Positions 32,967 to 41,197 of a stretch of DNA of 56,156 nt are shown piece after piece; positions within the stretch are counted from its first letter, which is position 1; every line of letters begins with the position of its first letter. A program made the position numbers and the translations under genes. This DNA comes from an uncultured Lachnospiraceae bacterium (GTDB lineage: Bacteria; Bacillota; Clostridia; Lachnospirales; Lachnospiraceae), in contig CAUUFM010000001.1 of the NCBI GenBank assembly GCA_963544505.1, forward strand, positions 1-56,156. The letters are read 5' to 3'. The notes beneath the pieces were generated by a model. It was not told the origin of the DNA, did no database searches, and was given only the letters and a program-made list of their open reading frames with translations.

Positions 32967-34520
32967 ATGGGAGTAATATCCAAAACCCTTGAAATCATAG
33001 CTCCTAGATTTGCTTTGAACAGAGCAATTGCAAAGCATAGGTTGGAGGTAGTGAAAAAAATAAAAAACACAGGATATAGCAACTACGGAGCTTCGAGAAG
33101 CAAAAAAGGGCTGGTTGGCTGGAGTGCCACAGGGGGAAGCAGTAAAGAGGACATAGAGGCAAATATACAGCTTCTTAGAGAGCGCTCACGAGATTTATAT
33201 ATGGGCGTACCTATCGCAACCGGGGCTATTAAGACTTGCAGAACAAATGTGGTAGGTGCCGGGCTTAGGCTAAAAAGTCAAATAGACTACAAAGCCATAG
33301 GAATATCACAAGAGAATAGTCGAGAACTGGAGGAGAAGATAGAAAGGGAATTTGCCTTGTGGGCGGATTCCACAGCTTGCGACCTTGAAAGGCTTGACAA
33401 TTTCTATGAATTGCAGCAGCTGGCTTTTATCAACTGGCTAATATCCGGGGACCTTGTAGCCTTGCTTCCTACAACCCAAAGAGCGAATATGCCGTACGAC
33501 ATTAGAATACAACTCATAGAAGCAGACAGACTAAGTACACCAACCACAGAGAAGAGAAACCCGCTTGTAACAGAGGGGGTGGAAATAAACAAGCAAGGAG
33601 AGGTAACAGCCTATCACATTTGCAACAAGCACCCGCTGTCTAAAGAAATGGGGCAGAAAGAATGGAAAAGGGTTGAGGCATACGGGAAAGAAACCGGGAG
33701 ACCAAACGTCTTGCACATTATGAACAGAGAGAGGATAGGGCAAAGACGAGGAGTGCCATTCCTCGCTCCGGTTATAGAGGCACTAAAACAGCTTGGAAGA
33801 TACACAGACGCGGAGCTGATAGCAGCAGTGGTAAGCGGTATGTTTACTGTTTTTATCGAGAAGAAAGGAATTTCAAGCGAACTACCTTTTGGGGAAGTTG
33901 TACCGGAGGAAATGCAAGCAGACAGGAATGACCCAAACAGCATTGAGCTTGCGCCGGGGGCCATTGTAGACCTTAACGAGGGAGAGGAAGCAAAGACGGT
34001 AAACCCCGGGCGACCTAACACAGCTTTTGACGGATTTGTAACCTCTATCACAAGACAGATAGGAGCAGCACTTGAAATCCCATACGAACTCTTAATAAAA
34101 AACTTCAACGCTTCCTATTCAGCAAGCAGAGGGGCATTATTAGAGGCTTGGAAAATGTTTAGAATGTATAGGGAATGGCTTTCTAATGATTTTTGCCAAC
34201 CTGTATACGAGGAGTGGCTGGCAGAGGCTGTGGCAAAAGGCAGGATAGTTGCCCCGGGATTCTTTGAAGACCCACTAATCAGAAAAGCGTACAGCTCCGC
34301 AGAATGGAATGGACCGGCACAAGGGCTACTAAACCCGGTGCAAGAGGTAACAGCAGCAGAGAAGAGGGTGGCAAACGGTTTTAGCACAAGAGCCAAAGAG
34401 TCAAAGGAAATGAACGGCACGGACTACTACAGGAATATAAACCAACTGAAAACAGAGGAGGCGCTACTAAGCGAAGTTATCAAGACAAAAACAGGAGAAG
34501 TGGAGGAGGCACTGGAATAA
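32967..34520 (+). CDS. portal protein (lambda family)
   Basis: 517 aa. Call based on position and size. Confidence 0.75.
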   Translation: MGVISKTLEIIAPRFALNRAIAKHRLEVVKKIKNTGYSNYGASRSKKGLVGWSATGGSSKEDIEANIQLLRERSRDLYMGVPIATGAIKTCRTNVVGAGLRLKSQIDYKAIGISQENSRELEEKIEREFALWADSTACDLERLDNFYELQQLAFINWLISGDLVALLPTTQRANMPYDIRIQLIEADRLSTPTTEKRNPLVTEGVEINKQGEVTAYHICNKHPLSKEMGQKEWKRVEAYGKETGRPNVLHIMNRERIGQRRGVPFLAPVIEALKQLGRYTDAELIAAVVSGMFTVFIEKKGISSELPFGEVVPEEMQADRNDPNSIELAPGAIVDLNEGEEAKTVNPGRPNTAFDGFVTSITRQIGAALEIPYELLIKNFNASYSASRGALLEAWKMFRMYREWLSNDFCQPVYEEWLAEAVAKGRIVAPGFFEDPLIRKAYSSAEWNGPAQGLLNPVQEVTAAEKRVANGFSTRAKESKEMNGTDYYRNINQLKTEEALLSEVIKTKTGEVEEALE

Positions 34521-35618
34521 ATGAAAGACAAGGTAAAAAAGTTTTGGAACTTTAAGGAAGCGGAGGGAGGAAATCCGGCAGAGCTGATATTGTACGGAGA
34601 AATCTCCGAGGCTTCTTGGTGGGGCGACGAAGTAACCCCCAAAATGTTTAACGAAGACCTAAAGGCACTGGGCGACGTTGATAACATTGTAGTTAGAATA
34701 AACAGCGGTGGAGGCGATATATTCGCAGCGGCGGCGATTTACACACGCCTCAAAGAACACAAGGCAAATATCACAGTGAAGATTGACGGCTGGGCGGCGT
34801 CGGCGGCGACCACAATCGCTATGGCAGGGGATAAGGTAGAGATAGCAAACAACGCTATTTTTATGATACACGACCCATTGTTTGGGCTTTTTGGTTACTA
34901 CAACGCTAAAGATATGGCAAAAATGCAAGAAGAATTAGAAATAATCAAAAAGGGCATTGTAGCAGCATATCAACTAAGGACAGGAAAGACAGAGGAAGAG
35001 ATAAGCGAGCTTATGAGTGCCGAAACTTGGTACACAGCGCAGGAGGCTATAGACAATGGGTTTGCAGACAGTTTGATGTTTGAGGTGTCGGTCAACACTG
35101 TTATCAATTCCGGAGCTGTAAGTGTAAACGGAGTGAAAATTGCGGCGAACAACTACAAAATACCAAATGAGATATTGAATCTGTGCCAAAACCACGCCAA
35201 CGGTAAAGATTTTAATATAAAAACAAAAAACAATGAAGAACAGAAAGGGGATAAACCGATGGAAGAAATTAAAACGGTTGAAGAACTAAAAGAAGCCTAT
35301 CCGGAGCTTGTAAAACAGATTGAAGAGGCGGCAAAGGAAGAGGAAAGAAACAGAATCAAAGAGATTGAAGAAATCGCAGAGCCGGGAGCAGAGGACGTGG
35401 TAAATTCCGCAAAGTTTGAAACTTTTGAAAAAGCCGGCAACGTAGCAATCAAAATTTTGAACGCCAAAAAGCAGGCAGGAAAAAACTACTTGCAGAATAG
35501 GGAAAAAGACGTACAAAATTCCGGAATGAACGGGGTTGAGCCAGCACCGGCGCCGACAGGACCGAAAGAAGACGAGTACCAAGCGGCGATTGACAAGGCG
35601 TACCCAAAAACAAAATAA
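34521..35618 (+). CDS. ClpP/S49-type head maturation protease with an acidic scaffold-like C-terminus
   Basis: INSGGGDIFAAAAIY and DGWAASAATTIAMAGD. The C-terminal half is E/K-rich. Confidence 0.8.
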   Translation: MKDKVKKFWNFKEAEGGNPAELILYGEISEASWWGDEVTPKMFNEDLKALGDVDNIVVRINSGGGDIFAAAAIYTRLKEHKANITVKIDGWAASAATTIAMAGDKVEIANNAIFMIHDPLFGLFGYYNAKDMAKMQEELEIIKKGIVAAYQLRTGKTEEEISELMSAETWYTAQEAIDNGFADSLMFEVSVNTVINSGAVSVNGVKIAANNYKIPNEILNLCQNHANGKDFNIKTKNNEEQKGDKPMEEIKTVEELKEAYPELVKQIEEAAKEEERNRIKEIEEIAEPGAEDVVNSAKFETFEKAGNVAIKILNAKKQAGKNYLQNREKDVQNSGMNGVEPAPAPTGPKEDEYQAAIDKAYPKTK

Positions 35619-35631
35619 GAAAGGAGAACAA

Positions 35632-35961
35632 ATGATGTACGAAGTAAAAAGAGAAGACCTTGTACCAAAAAATCTCTTTGCCGGAGATTTTCCGGTGGTA
35701 ACCGGGGTGGAAAAAGTAAAAGCCGGAACACCGGTGGGAGAGCATACCTTGGTAGCTCTTAAATCTACAGGGATTGAAGCAGCAAGTGCAAGCAATCTAT
35801 CAGATTTACACGGAATCACAGCCACAGCCGCGGAGGGCGGAAAAGAGGTGGTTGTATATTTGACGGGAGAGTTTAAAACTTCGGCTATTAACTTCTCGGC
35901 GGGAGCAGAAGCTGAAAAAGTAAAAACAGCTTTAAGAAAGCTGAACATTTTTTTGAAATAA
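35632..35961 (+). CDS. head decoration protein (gpD-like)
   Basis: About 110 aa between the protease and the capsid gene. AGGAG RBS before the ATG at 35632 (the track ORF starts at 35536). Confidence 0.6.
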   Translation: MMYEVKREDLVPKNLFAGDFPVVTGVEKVKAGTPVGEHTLVALKSTGIEAASASNLSDLHGITATAAEGGKEVVVYLTGEFKTSAINFSAGAEAEKVKTALRKLNIFLK

Positions 35962-35979
35962 GAAAGGAGCAAATAGAAT

Positions 35980-37020
35980 ATGCCAAATTTATTCGAAGCT
36001 AGAACAATGGGAACTCTTGTAACAAGAATTCCTAGAACTTCTACTTTTTTGATTGATACATTTTTCAAGAATGTAGAAACATTCGTAACAGAGGGCGTGG
36101 ACGTAGATTTTAAGAAAGGCAACAGAAAACTTGCGCCTTTTGTCCACCCAAAAATCGGAGGAAAGACTGTACCGAACGAGGGCTACCAGACCACAACATA
36201 CAAACCGCCTATGATTGGACCCAACACAATCACAACAGCCGGAGACCTTATGAATAGACTTGCCGGAGAGAATCCATATAGTGGGAAAACACCGGCAGAC
36301 AGGGCAGTAGAAAAACTGGGTAAAGATATGGAAAAGCTGGAGGAAATGATAACAAGGAGAATTGAGTGGATGGCGGCACAAGCCCTATTTACCGGCGTAA
36401 TTCCAATTAAGGCAGAGGGATTGGACGAGGTAATAGACTTCAACTTTACCAACAAGGTAACCCTTAGTACAAAGAAATGGAACACAAAAGAAGCCGACCC
36501 AATCGCTGATATTAAGGGTTGGAGAAAGAAAGTACAGGAAACCGGCTCCGTGAATTGTGATATTTGCATTATGGCCTCCGATGTAACAAGTCTTTTCCTT
36601 TCTAATGAAAAGGTGCAAAAGGAACTTGATGTAAAAAGTTACAACCTTGCGAAGATTGAGCCTAAGGAACTTCCGAACGGTGCTACCTATATTGGCACTA
36701 TTCCGGGACTTGGGCTTGATATTTACGAGTACAATGAAATGTACCTTGATGATTTTACAGATCCGGAAGCACCGGAAACTCTTCCACTTGTGCCGGAAAA
36801 AACCGTTACACTTCTTTCCACAAGCGCAGCATACAGCAGATATTATGGAGCTGTTACTATTCTGAACGAAGAAACGGGAGAATTTGAAACTATTGAAGGA
36901 GAAATGGTGCCGGAGAGCTGGACAGAAAGAAATCCGGCCAGACGCTTCTTGCAGCTTAACAGTCGGCCTCTTCCGGTGCCTCACGAAGTGGATAGCTGGT
37001 TGGTTGCTACTGTGTACTAA
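35980..37020 (+). CDS. major capsid protein (lambda gpE family)
   Basis: 346 aa. The N-terminus TMGTLVTRIPRTSTFLIDTFF...VDVDFKKGNRKLAPFVHP fits the gpE-family pattern. Confidence 0.8.
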   Translation: MPNLFEARTMGTLVTRIPRTSTFLIDTFFKNVETFVTEGVDVDFKKGNRKLAPFVHPKIGGKTVPNEGYQTTTYKPPMIGPNTITTAGDLMNRLAGENPYSGKTPADRAVEKLGKDMEKLEEMITRRIEWMAAQALFTGVIPIKAEGLDEVIDFNFTNKVTLSTKKWNTKEADPIADIKGWRKKVQETGSVNCDICIMASDVTSLFLSNEKVQKELDVKSYNLAKIEPKELPNGATYIGTIPGLGLDIYEYNEMYLDDFTDPEAPETLPLVPEKTVTLLSTSAAYSRYYGAVTILNEETGEFETIEGEMVPESWTERNPARRFLQLNSRPLPVPHEVDSWLVATVY

Positions 37021-37352
37021 TGAACTTCAAGGCACAACTGGAAGCGGATATAGACAATGTATTTCACAAGACAGATGAATTTGCAGAGGTAAAGGAAATC
37101 TACTACAATGGCAAATTATTAAAAGCAAGAGTAGTAATTGACTACAGCGAAGAAAACGAGAAAAAGGCTGGAAACGGAAATGTGGAAGGTCTTTTTTCTT
37201 GTGATTTATTAGTGTTTATATCCCTTAAAGAACTGGGGAAAGTACCAAGGCAGGGGCAAGAAATAGAAATAGACGGGGAAATCTACACAATAGAAAAGAT
37301 AAAAAACGAAGTTGGAGAGCTAACGCTGTACCTAAGCAATATAGCAGAGTAA
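37020..37352 (+). CDS. head-tail connector/completion protein (positional call)
   Basis: 110 aa immediately after the capsid gene. Confidence 0.4.
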   Translation: MNFKAQLEADIDNVFHKTDEFAEVKEIYYNGKLLKARVVIDYSEENEKKAGNGNVEGLFSCDLLVFISLKELGKVPRQGQEIEIDGEIYTIEKIKNEVGELTLYLSNIAE

Positions 37353-37367
37353 GGACAGTGATTGAAA

Positions 37368-37937
37368 ATGATTGAAATAACAGAAAACAAAATAAAACAG
37401 ATTGAAGCGATACTATCAGCAGTACCCGGAGGCGCTGAAAAAGCGTACACAAAGGCAATCAACACAGCGATAAAAGGCGTAAAAAAGACCGTTTACAGAG
37501 AAGTAATGGGGCAATTTGCTATCAGCAAAGACGTGTTAGAAAAATATACCGAAGAAACTGTAAGGAAAGCAAGTAGCGACAACGTGTGCGGTACTGTTAT
37601 TTTCTCAGGGGAGCAAATACCGCTTTATAAATACAGCTTAACAAGTCCAAAAAAACCAAGCAGACACTTAAAAATGCCGGTAATCGGAGGACAACAAACC
37701 GCAGCAGTTCTGGAGGGTGCTTTTGTGCAGAGAATGAAAAGCGGGCACTTAGGAATTTTCAGACGCACCGGAGGAATAAGCCAAAGAACAGGAAAACCTG
37801 AAATCACAGAGCTTATGGGGTCGTCTTTACGCTCAATGGCTAATAATTCGGTGGTGCTTGATAAAGTTTATGAGGAAATGCAAAAAAAGGTAGATACTAC
37901 ACTGGAGAAAGAAATAGAAAGATTGTTAAGAGGTTAA
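37368..37937 (+). CDS. virion morphogenesis / head-tail adaptor protein (positional call)
   Basis: About 190-aa ORF. ATG at 37368 (the track start is a TTG at 37362). Confidence 0.4.
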   Translation: MIEITENKIKQIEAILSAVPGGAEKAYTKAINTAIKGVKKTVYREVMGQFAISKDVLEKYTEETVRKASSDNVCGTVIFSGEQIPLYKYSLTSPKKPSRHLKMPVIGGQQTAAVLEGAFVQRMKSGHLGIFRRTGGISQRTGKPEITELMGSSLRSMANNSVVLDKVYEEMQKKVDTTLEKEIERLLRG

Positions 37938-37940
37938 TAT

Positions 37941-38417
37941 ATGACACCTACAATACTTTTGGAAACTCTAAGAGATTATATCGAGGAAAAAACAAAAGAC
38001 CTCATATTGCCTCTAAGAGTGAAAACGGGGGTAACTGAAAAAGAAAGAGCTCCAAAGGTTTATATGATGAACCTACCAAACAAGGAAGACGAAATACAAC
38101 AAATACCATACATTTTAATTAAATACTTAACAGGGAAAGATGAACAACAACCGGGAAAAGCAACAGAGAGTGAAGCAAGGATAAGAATTATTATAACCAC
38201 ATATAACGAGGACGGACAAGAGGGCGCATTAGCCTTGCTGAACGTGATTAGTAGAATCCGTATAAACCTACTGAAAGAAAGAGAAGTAGGAGGGCAATTT
38301 AGACTGATTATGCCTGTCGAATCTATCGTTTACCCGGAAAATACAAGCCCCTACTATCTAGGGGAAATAATGACAATGTGGACACTTCCACCAATAGAAA
38401 GAGAGGTTGAGTTATGA
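37941..38417 (+). CDS. tail completion/terminator-like protein (positional call)
   Basis: 158 aa upstream of the sheath gene. Confidence 0.4.
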   Translation: MTPTILLETLRDYIEEKTKDLILPLRVKTGVTEKERAPKVYMMNLPNKEDEIQQIPYILIKYLTGKDEQQPGKATESEARIRIIITTYNEDGQEGALALLNVISRIRINLLKEREVGGQFRLIMPVESIVYPENTSPYYLGEIMTMWTLPPIEREVEL

Positions 38418-38725
38418 CAAAAAAAGAAGAAAAGTTAGAAAAAGCTCCGGAAATCAAAGCAGGGAGCGAAAAAAAGACTTTTTGCTACATTGGACCAAAC
38501 TTGCCACAAGGAGCGCTAAAGAAAAATAGCGTCTTTATGGGAACAAGGAAGGAAATCTTGGACAAATTTAAGGAAGAGATAGAAAAGTACCCACAAATCC
38601 CAAGGCTGATTGTGGATATTAACAGTTTGGCAGAGGCAAAAAGCAAGCTGGAACAGACAGGAAACACATTAAACAAAAGCTACAATGACATTTTAAGCAC
38701 TGTGGCAGAGATTGAAAGGGGGTAA
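38414..38725 (+). CDS. hypothetical virion-module protein
   Basis: 103-aa ORF overlapping the previous stop by 4 nt. Confidence 0.4.
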   Translation: MTKKEEKLEKAPEIKAGSEKKTFCYIGPNLPQGALKKNSVFMGTRKEILDKFKEEIEKYPQIPRLIVDINSLAEAKSKLEQTGNTLNKSYNDILSTVAEIERG

Positions 38726-38729
38726 ATAA

Positions 38730-40154
38730 ATGGCTTATCAACACGGAATGAGAAGCAAACAGGTTGAAACAAGCATACAGACACCGGTTACAGCAACAAG
38801 CGGAGTACCTTTTGTGGTAGGCGTAGCGCCAATTCAGACCACCGGAGGAGCTACAAACGAGCCTATTTTATGCAATTCATTTGCAGAGGCAAGCAAACTA
38901 CTTGGGTATAGCGAAAAATGGGATAAATACAGTCTTTGCGAAGTGATGTACTCACAATTTAAGCTGTATGGAGTAGCACCGGTGGTATTTGTGAATGTAC
39001 TGGACAAAACAAAGCACAAAAAAACAACAAGTCCAAAATCTTATCCAGTGACTGACAGAAAGGTGTTGTTGCCACTTGAAGCAATCAAGGAAACGGTAAC
39101 GGTAAACAGCTATAACCTTGGAACAGACTACGAGCTGATTTATGACGGAGAAAATCTTGTGGTAGAACTGTTAGAAGACGGAAACGTACCAAAAGAAACC
39201 GGAGAATTGACAATAGGCTTTGACGAGGTGGCGCCGGAGCTTGTAAAAGAAACGGACATTATCGGAGGTTTTGATGTAAGCACAAACAAGTACAAAGGGT
39301 TGGAACTTATCGACAAGGTTTTTGCAAAGTACGTAATTGTAGCGGACCTAATCTTGGCGCCGGGCTGGAGTAACAAAAGTACAGTTGCGGCGGTAATGGC
39401 TACCAAGTGTGAGAATATCAATGGAATTTTTGAGGCAAAGGCGCTCATTGACATAGACGCGACAGAAACAAAAGTGTATAGCGATGTGCCGGGCAAAAAG
39501 AAAAAAGACAATATCTTTTCCAAATATCAAATCACTTGCTGGCCTAAAGTCAAATTAGGGGAAAAAGTATTCAATCTTTCCACACACCTTGCAGGAGTAA
39601 TGGGAAAGACTGATATGGAAAATGACGGTTATCCGTCAGAATCTCCGTCTAACAAATCTCTAAAGATTGACGCAGTGGTACTAACAGATAAAACAGAGCT
39701 GTTGTTGGATTTAAAAGAAGCAAACCTCCTAAACAGTCAAGGCATTGTAACGGCGTTAAATTTCATTGGAGGCTATGTGCTTTGGGGTAATGAAACAGCT
39801 TGTTATCCAGCAAACACAGACATTAAAGACTACTTTATTTCAGTGGGACGTATGTTCGGCTGGGTTGCAAACAGTGTGATTCTCACATATTGGAAAAAAC
39901 TTGATAAGAATATTACAAGTCGCTTTGTGGATTCTATCGTGGACAGTATCAATATTTGGCTGAATGGACTTGTTGCAGAGGGTAAGATTTTGGGCGGTCG
40001 TGTAGAATTTAAGCCGGAAGATAACAATTTGACAGCTCTTATGGGCGGCAAAGCTGTATTCCGTATCCACCTAACACCGGCAAGCCCGGCGAAAGAAGTT
40101 GTGTTCCTCTTAGAATACGACCCAAGCTATGTGATTACGCAATTTGCGGCATAA
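38730..40154 (+). CDS. contractile tail sheath protein
   Basis: 474 aa. The N-terminus SGVPFVVGVAPI is typical of P2 FI / XkdK-type sheaths. Confidence 0.8.
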   Translation: MAYQHGMRSKQVETSIQTPVTATSGVPFVVGVAPIQTTGGATNEPILCNSFAEASKLLGYSEKWDKYSLCEVMYSQFKLYGVAPVVFVNVLDKTKHKKTTSPKSYPVTDRKVLLPLEAIKETVTVNSYNLGTDYELIYDGENLVVELLEDGNVPKETGELTIGFDEVAPELVKETDIIGGFDVSTNKYKGLELIDKVFAKYVIVADLILAPGWSNKSTVAAVMATKCENINGIFEAKALIDIDATETKVYSDVPGKKKKDNIFSKYQITCWPKVKLGEKVFNLSTHLAGVMGKTDMENDGYPSESPSNKSLKIDAVVLTDKTELLLDLKEANLLNSQGIVTALNFIGGYVLWGNETACYPANTDIKDYFISVGRMFGWVANSVILTYWKKLDKNITSRFVDSIVDSINIWLNGLVAEGKILGGRVEFKPEDNNLTALMGGKAVFRIHLTPASPAKEVVFLLEYDPSYVITQFAA

Positions 40155-40167
40155 GGAGGTAAAGGAA

Positions 40168-40683
40168 ATGAAAATTGAAAACGGAACAATTAACTTTGCT
40201 GTATTCGAGGGAGCGACAGAGTATCTAGGAATGGCAGAGGCAACCTTGCCGGAGTTTGCAACGATTGCAGAGGAAATAAAAGGGGCGGGTATTGCCGGCT
40301 CTTTCAGTGGGGCATATACAGGACACTTTGAGGCTATGACACTTGGCCTCAATTTCCGAAGCGTCACACCGTCAGCAATCCAACTAATGGAGCCAAGGAC
40401 ACACCAAATTGAATTGAGAGCGGCACAGCAGAAGTGGAACAGCACAAGCGGCAAAAACGAAGTGGACCATATCAAACACGTATTGTCAGTGGTGCCGCTG
40501 AAATACGCTCCGGGCAAAGTGGCACCGGCAAGCCCGGCGGACTCAAGCGGGGAGTATTCGGTAAGCTACTATGCCATTTTCATCAATGGAAAGAGAACGG
40601 TTGAAGTTGATATTATCAATTTTATTTGCTTTATCAATGGGAAAGATTATTTAGAAGATGTTAGAAAAGCATTAGGAAAATAA
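40168..40683 (+). CDS. tail tube protein
   Basis: About 170 aa directly after the sheath gene. AAGGAGG RBS before the ATG at 40168. Confidence 0.75.
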   Translation: MKIENGTINFAVFEGATEYLGMAEATLPEFATIAEEIKGAGIAGSFSGAYTGHFEAMTLGLNFRSVTPSAIQLMEPRTHQIELRAAQQKWNSTSGKNEVDHIKHVLSVVPLKYAPGKVAPASPADSSGEYSVSYYAIFINGKRTVEVDIINFICFINGKDYLEDVRKALGK

Positions 40684-40721
40684 GCGGAAGCCCCGCTTAT
40701 TTTCTTTTGTAGGAGGCGAAA

Positions 40722-41039
40722 ATGGAAAAGAAAAAAGAAAAATCAATGACGGTTTACAATCACAAATTAAGCGCACCATTCGACTATGAGGGCAAAAAGT
40801 ATGAAGAACTAACTTTTGACTTCGGAGCGCTTAGCGGAAATGACGCAATAATGATTGAGGAAGAACTGGAAGGAATAAATAAATATATTCTTGCTCCGGA
40901 AACCTCAAAAGCATATCAAAGTAGAATGGCGGCAAGAGCGGCGGGAGTACCGGCAGACCTTATAGAGGCTCTACATCTTCAAGATTTTAACCGTATCACT
41001 TCGGCGGCAAGAAATTTTTTAGTAGGGCAGGAGCTGTAG
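40722..41039 (+). CDS. tail assembly chaperone, short form
   Basis: 105 aa between the tube and tape-measure genes. Contains a slippery site near its 3' end. Confidence 0.7.
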   Translation: MEKKKEKSMTVYNHKLSAPFDYEGKKYEELTFDFGALSGNDAIMIEEELEGINKYILAPETSKAYQSRMAARAAGVPADLIEALHLQDFNRITSAARNFLVGQEL

Positions 41040-41185
41040 GGCCGGCTTGGTGGAGGGAGCAGGCTATAAGGTTATCGAGGGCAACATATACCCCAGTAAC
41101 CCATTTCTTGTCCTTATCCCTCTACCAATTTATCAAAATGATAGACACAGTGAATGAGATTATCGAAAAAGATGAGAAGAAATGA
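40722..41185 (+). CDS. tail assembly chaperone, -1 frameshifted long form (G/GT- or E/E'-like)
   Basis: A slip at 41015-41021 continues as FFSRAGAVGPAWWREQAIRLSRATYTP...IIEKDEKK-stop, filling the otherwise non-coding gap before the tape-measure gene. Confidence 0.6.
41015..41021 (+). promoter_or_regulatory. -1 programmed ribosomal frameshift heptamer
   Basis: T_TTT_TTA in the X_XXY_YYZ register of the 40722 frame. The -1 frame is open from 40991 to the TGA at 41183-41185. Confidence 0.7.
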
Positions 41186-41197
41186 AAGGAGTAAGGA

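Noticed and set aside
35286-36122. 278-aa minus-strand ORF, and many other antisense ORFs of 60-200 aa (e.g. 36385-36984, 45500-46150, 29541-30071, 33614-34108, 42478-42906)
   Set aside because: All lie antisense to strongly supported + strand genes. They have Ser/Leu/Phe/Cys-rich low-complexity translations and no RBS. They are typical shadow ORFs of purine-rich coding strands.
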